Origin: a virus
Reading direction: 5' to 3' (one strand)
Virus record (IMG/VR): IMGVR_UViG_3300043446_004155
Location: 1 to 64,000 of that record
Length of the DNA: 64,000 nucleotides
The notes under the pieces were generated by a model. That model was not told the origin of the DNA, ran no database searches, and worked only from the letters and a program-made list of their open reading frames with translations. Below, piece by piece: positions 16,391-25,336 of this stretch. Both the position numbers and the translations under genes were made by a program. Every line of letters starts with the position of its first letter. Position 1 is the stretch's first letter.

Positions 16391-18639
16391 TGTCCGTCGA
16401 CGCAAAGGCCAGGCTGCGGGAAATCGTCGAATCGTACCTGGAAAAAGATTCTGGTACTGTTGTCGACACTGGTGTCGTTGCGTCGCACCTGGCACAGATG
16501 AAACTCTTTGGCATCCGCCAAGGGGTTGAGTTTTTTCCTGGCCAAGACAACTTCGGTGCACAGCGCAAGGACTTTGTTGACCGAGTTGTTAAATACAACC
16601 AAATTGATGTACGCCTGGATTCCATCTGGGATTACTTCCTGTGCGATGGTAAGGGCATTTTCTACATCCGTCCCACAAAACAAAACTATCGCGTTTATTA
16701 CTTCCGCGAACACGAGTATCGCAGTTATTACAACGTAGACGGTGAACTGGAAGAGGTGGTGATCATCTACAGCTACAAGGTCCGCAAGGCTGGTAGTTCG
16801 TACGATGGTATCAACATTGTGAACGCCACAGGCACATCAATCACTGGTGAGCCGGGCTCCAAGCGTTACATTCGTCTTTCGATCAAAGCAAATGAAATTG
16901 AAGAAACTCATTCAGACGCAGAATTAAATTTTGATATGCCCTCTGGCATGGCGCCAGGGAAAAATAAAACATTTAAAAACTCACTTGGTTTTATCCCTTG
17001 CGTTGAGATCTTCAACAATCCCAAAGGTTTTGCAAAAGAAGGGGTTGGTGAGTTCGATGCATTAGCCAACCACATCGTGACGCATGATGAGTTGGTGCGC
17101 ACCATGCGGAAGAACGTTCAGTTCTTTGGCAATCCAACGCTGTTGTCGTCTCGCCCTAAGACCGACCTGATCGAGTCCGGTGGCGAGTCCGTGGTTCAGC
17201 GCCCCTCAATTGCAGCAAACTCTGGTTTTGCTGGTGCCAGCCCCTTAAGCCGTTCAATGTTTAAGGCGGATCCTGTCTCCCGTGGTGTTGATGGTCAGAT
17301 CCGTGTGCCACGCGTCATTGCAAACCTGGAGCCTAACGACCGCGTCGGTTACATTGTTCCAGATGCAATCACTGGAGATCAAAACAATTTTGCCCGTCAG
17401 TACCGAGAAGAAATTCGTACCGCCCTTGGTGGCGTTGATGAACTTTCCATTTCGGCGGGTGTTACTGCAACTGAATACAAATCACTGTTTGGTCGTGTTT
17501 CTGCTACATCCAAGAAAAAAGCAAATGCTATTTACACTTATGGCATCTGCCGTTGTCTTGAGCTAATTATTTATCAAGAAGAACAACTATTCCGCATGTC
17601 ATTGGCTGCGGCACTTGGTATTGAACGCCCCGTTGAACCAGCCCCTACTGCTCCCCAAGAAGAAAAAGACGCTTATAAACAAGCCCAGGAACAATTTGAA
17701 CAACAAGTTCAAGATGCAATTAATGCATGTGTTCAGGCCCAGGATGTTCCTCCTGGTGTAACGGGCCTCATCCCAGATGGTGATCTCACTATGCTGTGGA
17801 GGTGGACAGGACCTGTTTACGAAGATTCGACGCAAGACGTACTTAACAATTCAATTGTGGTACGAAATCTGCAAGAATTAGGTGTTGATAGCATTGAAGC
17901 ACTGAAATACCTCTTTCCGTCTAAGACGGATGAGGAACGGGCCGAGATGCTATCTGGGTTCCCGTTCAGGATGGTGAGTGAACTACAGGGCGCTTTTGCT
18001 CAATTCTCTCGCCTGGTGGGTGGCCTGATGCAGACCCCTCACCCGCAGTCACCGAACCTTCCGATGGCTGCCGATCCCAGGTTGGATTTAACTCCATATC
18101 TGTATCGAACTCTAGAGGCTTTACAAAAGGAGATGAGTTATGCAGGACGCTACCGTCCAATCGATCCCACAGACGAGCCCGACTCCGGCAGTAGCGCCGA
18201 GCAGTTACGTGACTCCGTCTTACCAGCCGAGCCAAGCCCCGGTCTCGTACCAAGCAGCCCCGGCGAATTACCAGGTGGCAGCACCTCAGGCGGCCCCGGT
18301 TTACCAACCCTCAGCCCCTACTCAGTACGCCCCCCAATCCCAACCGGCGGAAGCCCAGAGCAATCCGTGGGAATCGGCGTTCAACAAGGTGGTGAACCTG
18401 CTGAGCGCACCAGTTCAATCCCCATTCCAGGGTCAACCATCAGCTCCGACGACGAGCTACGCCCCGGCCAACTACGGTTCGGTGAGCAGCCCAGCTACGC
18501 AACAATCGGTTCCGCAGACCTGGTCAACCAACCAGGCTTACTCGCCCAGCTCTTCCCCAACTTACTCGGAGAGCCTGAGTCAGGAAAGCCAGCAGGTCCT
18601 CGCCGCGTTCGGAAGCGAAGCTCCCGCAATTCTAAATAA
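16390..18639 (+). CDS. Portal protein with long disordered C-terminal extension
   Basis: Position between TerL and scaffold/MCP; portal-like motifs LCDGKGIFY and NSLGFIPCVEIFNNP. Confidence 0.75.
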   Translation: MSVDAKARLREIVESYLEKDSGTVVDTGVVASHLAQMKLFGIRQGVEFFPGQDNFGAQRKDFVDRVVKYNQIDVRLDSIWDYFLCDGKGIFYIRPTKQNYRVYYFREHEYRSYYNVDGELEEVVIIYSYKVRKAGSSYDGINIVNATGTSITGEPGSKRYIRLSIKANEIEETHSDAELNFDMPSGMAPGKNKTFKNSLGFIPCVEIFNNPKGFAKEGVGEFDALANHIVTHDELVRTMRKNVQFFGNPTLLSSRPKTDLIESGGESVVQRPSIAANSGFAGASPLSRSMFKADPVSRGVDGQIRVPRVIANLEPNDRVGYIVPDAITGDQNNFARQYREEIRTALGGVDELSISAGVTATEYKSLFGRVSATSKKKANAIYTYGICRCLELIIYQEEQLFRMSLAAALGIERPVEPAPTAPQEEKDAYKQAQEQFEQQVQDAINACVQAQDVPPGVTGLIPDGDLTMLWRWTGPVYEDSTQDVLNNSIVVRNLQELGVDSIEALKYLFPSKTDEERAEMLSGFPFRMVSELQGAFAQFSRLVGGLMQTPHPQSPNLPMAADPRLDLTPYLYRTLEALQKEMSYAGRYRPIDPTDEPDSGSSAEQLRDSVLPAEPSPGLVPSSPGELPGGSTSGGPGLPTLSPYSVRPPIPTGGSPEQSVGIGVQQGGEPAERTSSIPIPGSTISSDDELRPGQLRFGEQPSYATIGSADLVNQPGLLAQLFPNLLGEPESGKPAGPRRVRKRSSRNSK

Positions 18640-19066
18640 TTACGCCCTTCAGCTGGAAGGTCTTCTGGACAGTGCTGTTGCCTGGGGCCAGGAAATGACC
18701 GAGACTCTCCAGGGTTATGCAGAATTTGCCACCGAGTCTCACACTGAGAACCTGGCTTACAACGAGATCCTGACCAACCCCGATGTTCTGAGCGATTACA
18801 CGCTCCGTTTCTTCGGTCCCGAAGGTCCGTATCCTGTGCACGAAGGCGAAGCAGATCTGGAAGCTTATGGCTATCCAACTGAGCAAGTTGATCCCGCTCT
18901 CTATGGCGAGTTCCCTGCTCCTCCTGCCGCAGCTGCTCCTCAGCAACCTGCCAACTTCTGGGGCACCTTCAACGAAATGATGGCGCGTGATCCCCAGAAT
19001 GCATGGCGTGTTCTGAACCAGGCCCAGCCTAACGTTGTGTCCAACAAACTCTTCGTGATGGAGTGA
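18140..19066 (+). CDS. Capsid scaffolding-like protein
   Basis: AAGGAG RBS 7 nt upstream; Pro/Gln/Ala-rich N-terminus, acidic helical middle; precedes MCP. Confidence 0.7.
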   Translation: MQDATVQSIPQTSPTPAVAPSSYVTPSYQPSQAPVSYQAAPANYQVAAPQAAPVYQPSAPTQYAPQSQPAEAQSNPWESAFNKVVNLLSAPVQSPFQGQPSAPTTSYAPANYGSVSSPATQQSVPQTWSTNQAYSPSSSPTYSESLSQESQQVLAAFGSEAPAILNNYALQLEGLLDSAVAWGQEMTETLQGYAEFATESHTENLAYNEILTNPDVLSDYTLRFFGPEGPYPVHEGEADLEAYGYPTEQVDPALYGEFPAPPAAAAPQQPANFWGTFNEMMARDPQNAWRVLNQAQPNVVSNKLFVME

Positions 19067-19070
19067 GGCA

Positions 19071-19688
19071 GTGGTAAAACTTGCTGGTAAGTATGCAAAT
19101 GTAATCAGCAGGAATCCGATTGCTTCTGCAGTGGCTGGCGGCCTTGGCGCCGCCGGCCTTGCTACGTTAGGGAACGTCCTTTCTGGCGAAGCTCAAACGG
19201 AACAAGGGGGTCGTCTTGGCCTTGAAGCAGTGGGTGCTGGTGCCTTAGGTGCAGTCCTTGGAGCCCAAATTCCAGCCCTTCGAGGTAAAGCGTCTCAGCT
19301 TTATCGCAATATCGGCAACGTTAGCCTGGAAAATCCAGGTGCAGTTGCGCGTAAAGCGCAAATGTCTCCAAGAGAAATTCAACAAGCTGAATTCATGCGA
19401 GACATTTTAAATGAGACAGTTAAAACTGGTGTGGTATCTCCGCAACAAATGCGTGACGATATTAAAACTAGCTTAAAGCGTTCCCAAGCCGGTATTAATG
19501 CCGGTGTTATTCCTGCCGGCGTGTTGGCAGCAGGTGCCTTAGGTGGAATGACTGGTGGCGGCATTGCAAATCTTGCAGCTGGCATGGGTCTTCCAGGCAT
19601 GGGCATTGACCCAGAGGGCTACGGTTCCAACAACACACCAAGCGCACAATTTGGCGTCAAATCGCTTGCATCCACACAATATGTGTGA
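19071..19688 (+). CDS. Gly/Ala-rich membrane-type virion protein
   Basis: Three glycine-zipper-like segments; GAGG RBS. Confidence 0.6.
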   Translation: MVKLAGKYANVISRNPIASAVAGGLGAAGLATLGNVLSGEAQTEQGGRLGLEAVGAGALGAVLGAQIPALRGKASQLYRNIGNVSLENPGAVARKAQMSPREIQQAEFMRDILNETVKTGVVSPQQMRDDIKTSLKRSQAGINAGVIPAGVLAAGALGGMTGGGIANLAAGMGLPGMGIDPEGYGSNNTPSAQFGVKSLASTQYV

Positions 19689-19784
19689 TCTAAGCTAAGT
19701 ACCTGCTAAAATTTGTGTTAGATAAGACACACGTGTCTTTATCTTTCACCCGATAAAAACACTGACACTGGAGGATAAACCAAG

Positions 19785-19796
19785 GTGTTTATTGAT
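19785..19796 (+). CDS. Major capsid protein exon 1 (MFID)
   Basis: GGAGGA RBS at 19770-19775; GTG TTT ATT GAT joins in frame to AAC GAC TTT CCA at 20621. Confidence 0.85.
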
Positions 19797-19798
19797 AG

Positions 19799-20377
19799 CT
19801 AGTTCAGATCCTGGTAGGTATGACCTTTCAAGATTTGGTAAATAGCTCCGTGGTTACAGTCAAACTTTTCAGCAATCTTTCGATACGAGAGTCCTGCTTC
19901 TTTTAAAGCTTTGATTTGAATCACGTCTTCCGAAGAAAACTTTCTCAAAGTCTTTTTCGGTTTCCCTTTACTGGCAAAGCCATTGTTTTTATAACAACCG
20001 GTTTCCCAGGCTCTTGTTAAGTTTTCTTGTTTGGTAACGATCTCAAGATTGTCAAGTCGATTATTCCTCTTGTCATTATCTTTGTGATCAACTTGAAGGG
20101 AAAAGTTACTGGTTCCATGAGAACGCAGATCTAATCCCAAAAAAGCTACAGCCATCAAGACGTGAAGATGAAAACGTTTTCTCTTCCCATCAACAAGAAC
20201 TGAAATACGGTCATAAACACTGGTTGAGCGAATAGGGATCTCTTGAAAATATTCTTGATTATCGGGATCAAGTTGTTTTTCAAAAGCTTTCCCCTCTTCC
20301 GTTAAGTAAAGATTACCAAATCCAGGAACAAGTTTTGGATTCATGTTGTTCATAAACAAGTTTCCAAAGCGTAGCAT
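19799..20377 (-). CDS. Intron-encoded HNH homing endonuclease, antisense to the intron (true start probably 20353)
   Basis: LHVLMAVAFL...QVDHKDNDKRNNRLDNLEIVTKQEN motif plus C-terminal HTH. Confidence 0.88.
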   Translation of the reverse strand: MLRFGNLFMNNMNPKLVPGFGNLYLTEEGKAFEKQLDPDNQEYFQEIPIRSTSVYDRISVLVDGKRKRFHLHVLMAVAFLGLDLRSHGTSNFSLQVDHKDNDKRNNRLDNLEIVTKQENLTRAWETGCYKNNGFASKGKPKKTLRKFSSEDVIQIKALKEAGLSYRKIAEKFDCNHGAIYQILKGHTYQDLN

Positions 20378-20396
20378 GCCTCAACTGAACGCTCAA
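20368..20396 (-). promoter_or_regulatory. Candidate sigma70-type promoter for the antisense HNH gene
   Basis: Minus strand TTGAGC-17 nt-TACGCT with TGn extension. Confidence 0.5.
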
Positions 20397-20620
20397 CGTT
20401 GTCACCCCACCGAGCAATCGATGGGTGCAAACCGGATGAATTCAGGGAAGCCCTAACGTTAAGACGAGGGTAATCCTGAGCCAAGCCAATCAAGCGTGAT
20501 TGGAAGGTGCAGAGACTACTGGGTGTAACACGACCTTGTTACGTAATACCAGATTTAGCGTCCGGCATCCCACAGGGATGAAGAGATAGTCCACCCCTCT
20601 AAGAAACTAGAGACCAGGAG

Positions 20621-21772
20621 AACGACTTTCCAAAAATTCTTGGTGCGGAACTTTACCGTCCCCACCCTGCTTACATTGCTGAAATGGCAGTGGAGCCCGT
20701 GGTCGTCCACGACTTCACCCGTCAGCCTGGTCAAACCGTTCAGTTAGACCGCTACAAGTTCTGGGGTACCCCTGGCACCAAGGATAGCCGGGAGCGTATC
20801 GCTGACCAGACTATTGGTACCGCCAACAGCCGCAACATCACCAAAGAGAAGGTGCTTGTTGTGCTGAAAGAGTACACTGGCCCTGCTGACCCGGGTGATC
20901 CGACCCAGCCTTCGACCTTCAAGATCGCTCGTGAAACCCTGATTACCGCCCAGCGCCTGCTGCTGGACACCGGTAACCTCAACATGTTCCACCAGTCGAT
21001 CGGCAGCCTGACTCTGCTCGACGACTATCGCCGTTGGCGTGACCGCGTGTTCATCGATGAACTCGCTAAAGCCGAAGCCAATGGTGAAGCTTCCAGCACC
21101 CAAGGTGGTTACTACTTCCCTGGTGGCAAGAACAAAGCTTCTAACGGTTCTATTGCTTACACTGCTGCTGAATACGCCGCTCAGGTGCAGCAGTTCCAGG
21201 TGCGTACCGACCTGCTGACCGTTGTTAAGGACCTGCGTAAGCGCAACGTTCCTACCTTCGCTGATGGTCTGTATCGTTGCATCTGCGATCCCACCTTCAT
21301 GATGCACCTGCGTCGTGATCCTGACTTCCGTGAGATCGCTCGTTACAGCGGCAACCCTGGCCAAGGCATGTACATGGGCAACCCCATGATGCCTAACAAC
21401 GCCAGCTTCTACATGGGTCCCCAAGCTGGTCAGGGTTACTTCCTGGCTGGTGAGCCTGTGATGCCGACTGGTGTTCAGTTTGAAGGTGTGAAGTTCTTCG
21501 AGTCGACCAACTTCCCGACCAAGACTGTTAGCGCAAGCTTCACCGACACCCCTTCGTACAGCAACCAAGAAGTTGCCCAAGGTTACTTCTTCGGTCCTCA
21601 GTCCATCGGTGTTGGTATCGGCGGTCCTAACGCTCAGGTGCTCATCAACAACAACGATGACTTCAGCCGTTTCATCATCCTGATCTGGCAACTGTACGCT
21701 GGCTTCGAGATCCTGAACAAGGACTTCGTAACCACCGCCTTCAGTTTTGTTTCTGACGACGGCACCATCTGA
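20621..21772 (+). CDS. Major capsid protein exon 2
   Basis: The open frame extends 21 codons upstream of the track ATG at 20684 (NDFPKILGAELYRPHPAYIAE); DFTRQPGQTVQL capsid-like motif; strong codon bias. Confidence 0.88.
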   Translation, partial: NDFPKILGAELYRPHPAYIAEMAVEPVVVHDFTRQPGQTVQLDRYKFWGTPGTKDSRERIADQTIGTANSRNITKEKVLVVLKEYTGPADPGDPTQPSTFKIARETLITAQRLLLDTGNLNMFHQSIGSLTLLDDYRRWRDRVFIDELAKAEANGEASSTQGGYYFPGGKNKASNGSIAYTAAEYAAQVQQFQVRTDLLTVVKDLRKRNVPTFADGLYRCICDPTFMMHLRRDPDFREIARYSGNPGQGMYMGNPMMPNNASFYMGPQAGQGYFLAGEPVMPTGVQFEGVKFFESTNFPTKTVSASFTDTPSYSNQEVAQGYFFGPQSIGVGIGGPNAQVLINNNDDFSRFIILIWQLYAGFEILNKDFVTTAFSFVSDDGTI

Positions 21773-21805
21773 TAAAGATATAAATCCAACTTAACGGAGA
21801 AATAA

Positions 21806-22603
21806 ATGTCCTACTTGTCTTCTAAAAAGATCTATCCAGGTAACTGGACCAACGCCCTGAACGGCTGGTACAAGAACATTGATGTCGCCGCTGACGGCAG
21901 CAATGACTATTCCAAGGGTGGCCCCACTTCGGTGCTGGCCGTCCCTGGTTACCGCTACTTCCAGCAGCGTGGTTACGCCGTGGTGGATTGGGCCTCTGGT
22001 GATGCTGCCACCAAGGGCCAAACCCTGAACGTGATCGTTCCTTCGCCTTACCGCCAGGACGACACCCGCCCCGACATCACCGGCATGGTGATCTCTGGTA
22101 ATGCCACCCAACCTGCTTTCGTGTATCGCGCTGCGATCTCGGTTGCTTCTGGCTGGGGCGATGGTCGTGTTGCCACCGGCATCTATGCTGCCACCGGTAA
22201 CATCATCACTTTCGGTGCTGGTCCTACCGCCGTGACTGGCGTGGGTGAGCCTATTGCTCAGGCCAACCTGACCTCCACCACTTCTGGTGACGCCGCCACC
22301 AAGATTGTGTTCGCTGCTGGTGCTCAAGCCCTCAGCTCCACTCCGTTCCTGACCGCTACCGGCGCAACCGGCCTTGGTCCTTCTGGTGTGTATAAGTCTC
22401 TGACTGGCGCTACCACCTTTAAGGTCTTCGCTCGTGGTGCCAACACTGACACTGGTGTGTCTGGTGGTATCTACCTCGCTGACGGTGATTACAACGCTGG
22501 TCTCAAGGGTTACCTCGTGGTTGAAGTGTGCTACATCCAACCTGATGATGCACCTGGCTACGAAGATATCGAAGAGTACATCATTGGCCGCACTGTTAGC
22601 TGA
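21806..22603 (+). CDS. Abundant structural protein (capsid decoration/minor capsid)
   Basis: Directly after MCP; GGAG RBS; same strong codon bias; G/A/T-rich. Confidence 0.65.
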   Translation: MSYLSSKKIYPGNWTNALNGWYKNIDVAADGSNDYSKGGPTSVLAVPGYRYFQQRGYAVVDWASGDAATKGQTLNVIVPSPYRQDDTRPDITGMVISGNATQPAFVYRAAISVASGWGDGRVATGIYAATGNIITFGAGPTAVTGVGEPIAQANLTSTTSGDAATKIVFAAGAQALSSTPFLTATGATGLGPSGVYKSLTGATTFKVFARGANTDTGVSGGIYLADGDYNAGLKGYLVVEVCYIQPDDAPGYEDIEEYIIGRTVS

Positions 22604-22644
22604 TTAGGTTAAACTAGGACCAGAAATTAAAACATCTGGTCCTC

Positions 22645-23055
22645 ATGCTTTATCAGCATCGTAAAACCGGCGCTCGCGTCAAAGTTGTAAGCGAATGGGA
22701 TAACGGCGATTGGTTCATGGTCGAAGATCAGGACGGTCGCCTTTATACCGCTTACAAAAATGAATTGACCCCTGATGAAGCCGCAACTAAAAAAGTTGCT
22801 ACTCTTCAGGTTAAGGATAAGGCAGCCCAAGAAGAGCCTCGTACTTTCCCACCCGAAACACGTTTAAACATTAATAGTGCCACCCCTCAAATGATCGCTG
22901 ATCATATTAAGGGTATCGGTCTTAAGACAGCTCGAGAGATCAAAGATCTTCAGATGTCCTTATCGGGTGAGAAGTTTAATAGCCTTGAGCAGTTAAAACA
23001 GATTAAGCGTGTGGATTGGGAAGCTGTGCTTGCCGCCGACTTAATCAGGGTTTGA
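22645..23055 (+). CDS. Helix-hairpin-helix (ComEA-like) DNA-binding protein
   Basis: RLNINSAT...IKGIGLKTAREI...KFNSLEQLKQI. Confidence 0.8.
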   Translation: MLYQHRKTGARVKVVSEWDNGDWFMVEDQDGRLYTAYKNELTPDEAATKKVATLQVKDKAAQEEPRTFPPETRLNINSATPQMIADHIKGIGLKTAREIKDLQMSLSGEKFNSLEQLKQIKRVDWEAVLAADLIRV

Positions 23056-23073
23056 TCCATTTCACAAAAGAAA

Positions 23074-23098
23074 GCCCCTGGGAGACCAGGGGTTTTTC
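23074..23098 (+). terminator. Intrinsic terminator of the capsid operon
   Basis: GCCCCTGG-GAGA-CCAGGGGT-TTTT. Confidence 0.85.
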
Positions 23099-23123
23099 GT
23101 TTTAAAATAAAAAGAAAAAGATA

Positions 23124-23756
23124 ATGGCCGAACGCTCTATTGTTGATATCGGTAAAGCTCTTCAACGTTACGGGCTTAACATCGGAGAGCATCCAGAATT
23201 TGGTGGTGTCGGCTCAGGGCACTCGCCCAAAGGTTATCATCCTGTTGGCCAAGCGATTGATGTGCGTGATTGGCGTGCAGATGTTGGACCTGCCTATGAA
23301 GGAGGCAAGCCAATTCCCTGGAAACAAAGAACTGAAGAGTTGGCATGGCGTGCTAAAAAACTAGGACTGTTTAATGAAGCATTGGGGCCTGGCGATCCGG
23401 GGCACGATACGCACGTTCATCTTGCTTTAGCAGGGAAAAAGTTCATTACAGACCCTCAGCTTGAGTGGCTTGCCACTGGACGTTACAAAACTCCCGAGGG
23501 AAAACTAACAGACTTGATGCCAGGATCTTCAAATGTCTCGGCAACCACTCTTCCGCTAGATCAAGCATCCGCTGGAGCAACTGGAGATGATCTTTCAACA
23601 TTGATGTCACTTCTTCAGTTAACTAATCCAAAACAAAAAACTGTACAAGAATCATTACTTGAGCAGTCTTTGGGCGAGTTATTTTCTCCTCAGCAAAGTC
23701 TTGCGCAACAGTTTTTGATGGAGTACATGAACTCTCCCATCCCAGGAGTGGGTTAA
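23124..23756 (+). CDS. Virion-associated M15/LAS-type Zn peptidase-like protein
   Basis: HSPKGYHPVGQAIDV and GHDTHVH (Hx6D...HxH). Confidence 0.6.
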   Translation: MAERSIVDIGKALQRYGLNIGEHPEFGGVGSGHSPKGYHPVGQAIDVRDWRADVGPAYEGGKPIPWKQRTEELAWRAKKLGLFNEALGPGDPGHDTHVHLALAGKKFITDPQLEWLATGRYKTPEGKLTDLMPGSSNVSATTLPLDQASAGATGDDLSTLMSLLQLTNPKQKTVQESLLEQSLGELFSPQQSLAQQFLMEYMNSPIPGVG

Positions 23757-23795
23757 ATTGATGCCTTTATAATTAAACTATAACGAAAGGTAGAC

Positions 23796-24257
23796 GTGCA
23801 ATTATCTGAATTTGATAAAAGCAGGGTCAGGTATCACCTGGGCTACTTTACCGTGTCTGTTCCAGCGGGTGACTATGCCCGTCTGGAAGAAGCCATGAAT
23901 ACCATCCCGGATTCATACTTCTATGACAAGGTTGTTATTCAACTTGGCCGTTGCGATACAGCCGAGAAGAAGACAGAAGTTGCATCGACACCTTCTACGC
24001 GAGTTGAAAGCATCCTCGGTGACGTGGATCGTACAATTCGCTCCAGCAATGCTAAAGAGTCATTAAAGGTTTGGGACGAGATTTATCTCTACGAAACCAA
24101 CCGTCTTGCTGGCATCCTTTACGTTCCCAACTACAAGGATCCTTTCCAGGCCAGGTACCGTTATGAACGCTCTGGTGCTGAATTCATCCAGGCATTACCT
24201 GGTCCTGCCGACACTGCTGTTGGTTCACGTCTTTATTTACATGAGGTTTGGAGGTAG
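23796..24257 (+). CDS. Putative head-tail adaptor/neck protein
   Basis: LSEFDKSRVRYHLGY N-terminus; position after capsid genes. Confidence 0.55.
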   Translation: MQLSEFDKSRVRYHLGYFTVSVPAGDYARLEEAMNTIPDSYFYDKVVIQLGRCDTAEKKTEVASTPSTRVESILGDVDRTIRSSNAKESLKVWDEIYLYETNRLAGILYVPNYKDPFQARYRYERSGAEFIQALPGPADTAVGSRLYLHEVWR

Positions 24258-24259
24258 TT

Positions 24260-25120
24260 ATGCCTATTCCCATTAATCGAAATACAGATACGTCCTATGG
24301 ACTTCTTGGGGCGATTAGGAATTTTATTTCGCCTCCAGGTTACGTTTCCCGTGGACCCCTTGGCTCTTTACCAGCGGGTGCAGCAGCTGGCGGTCGTCCT
24401 CCAATGCCTGGCCTGCCTAGCAACTATAAACAAACGGAATTAGCCGCAGGTGCCGCAGCTGAAGCGTTTCGCCCTGGAGCAGGATTCCCTGGTCAGCAAG
24501 CTGCTGCCGAACGTGATTACCAACAGAAGAAATCTGAAATTGCTCAGTTAACCGCTCAGAACCCAGAGTTCCAACGTTACGAAAGAGCACGGGCTGTCGC
24601 CAAAAGTCAAGAGGAAATGAACGCTGTTCGTGACGAGGGCATGCGTATTTGGGCCGCAAATAATCCTGAATTAGCGGCAAAAGTAAAGCCTGGCTCCACG
24701 GGATATGAAGCCATCCAAGGCGCTATTGGGGCTTCTCAGCCCTCCGCCTTAAGTGGTGAGCAAGTACCGGGTGTCATGAGCTTTGATCCCAATACAGTTC
24801 TTTCGACAACTCAAAACATTCAAGGGCAGTTCCGTCCGAATCAACCGTTAACAGATCAAGAAATCCTGGCGGCAATGAGCTTCGATCCGAACGTTGCCAT
24901 GCGCAGTGCAGCTAACATTGGATTTGCTCCTATGTCTCCAGCGGAATCAGCCATGCTGCAAGCCGTGGGAGGAGCACAAGGTGAATACGTCACACCAATG
25001 CCTGCCGTTGGTGCATTAGATCAAGCTGGTCTTACCTTTACTACACCCGCAGAGAAACGTCGCCAAGAAAGCTCCGCTCTTTTCCAAGAGCTTTTGAAGC
25101 GGGCCTTAAGCGCCCAATGA
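24260..25120 (+). CDS. Ala/Pro/Gln-rich hypothetical virion protein
   Basis: GGAGG RBS before the ATG at 24260. Confidence 0.6.
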   Translation: MPIPINRNTDTSYGLLGAIRNFISPPGYVSRGPLGSLPAGAAAGGRPPMPGLPSNYKQTELAAGAAAEAFRPGAGFPGQQAAAERDYQQKKSEIAQLTAQNPEFQRYERARAVAKSQEEMNAVRDEGMRIWAANNPELAAKVKPGSTGYEAIQGAIGASQPSALSGEQVPGVMSFDPNTVLSTTQNIQGQFRPNQPLTDQEILAAMSFDPNVAMRSAANIGFAPMSPAESAMLQAVGGAQGEYVTPMPAVGALDQAGLTFTTPAEKRRQESSALFQELLKRALSAQ

Positions 25121-25209
25121 TTTGAATCTGGCAGTGCTTCTCACGTAAGCCCAGCCGACTGGACACGAATCTTTTGATTCACGGGGGCCAGTGTTGTTGC
25201 TTTAAACCC

Positions 25210-25326
25210 ATGATTCTCTGTCCCAAGTTTGTTAAACGAACCCTGACCCATCTCGCAACAGTACTAACGCTTCAAACAGTATTTGTTCCCGCACTCAGGG
25301 CAAGTTCAAACTGGGTAGCAAGTTAA
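25210..25326 (+). CDS. 38-aa signal-peptide-like ORF
   Basis: [38 protein letters not shown]. Confidence 0.4.
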   Translation: MILCPKFVKRTLTHLATVLTLQTVFVPALRASSNWVAS

Positions 25327-25336
25327 CAAGAAACCC

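Larger units (their letters stand above)
19797..20620 (+). mobile_element. Group I self-splicing intron (cyanobacterial trnL-like core) in the MCP gene
   Basis: 5' exon ends in U and the intron ends in G; P AATTCAGGGA 20439, Q AATCCTGAGC 20472, R GTGCAGAGACTA 20507, S AAGAGATAGTCC 20581; P3 CCGGATG/CGTCCGG; IGS GTTGTCA 20398-20404. Confidence 0.92.

Noticed and set aside
20744-21691. 315-aa antisense ORF over the MCP
   Set aside because: Shadow of the strong codon bias in the capsid gene; no RBS or recognisable motifs
20684-21772. MCP start at ATG 20684 as given in the ORF track
   Set aside because: No RBS; the frame extends upstream to the intron 3' splice site, and exon 1 has a strong RBS
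21791-22540. 249-aa antisense ORF
   Set aside because: Same shadow effect over the biased structural gene
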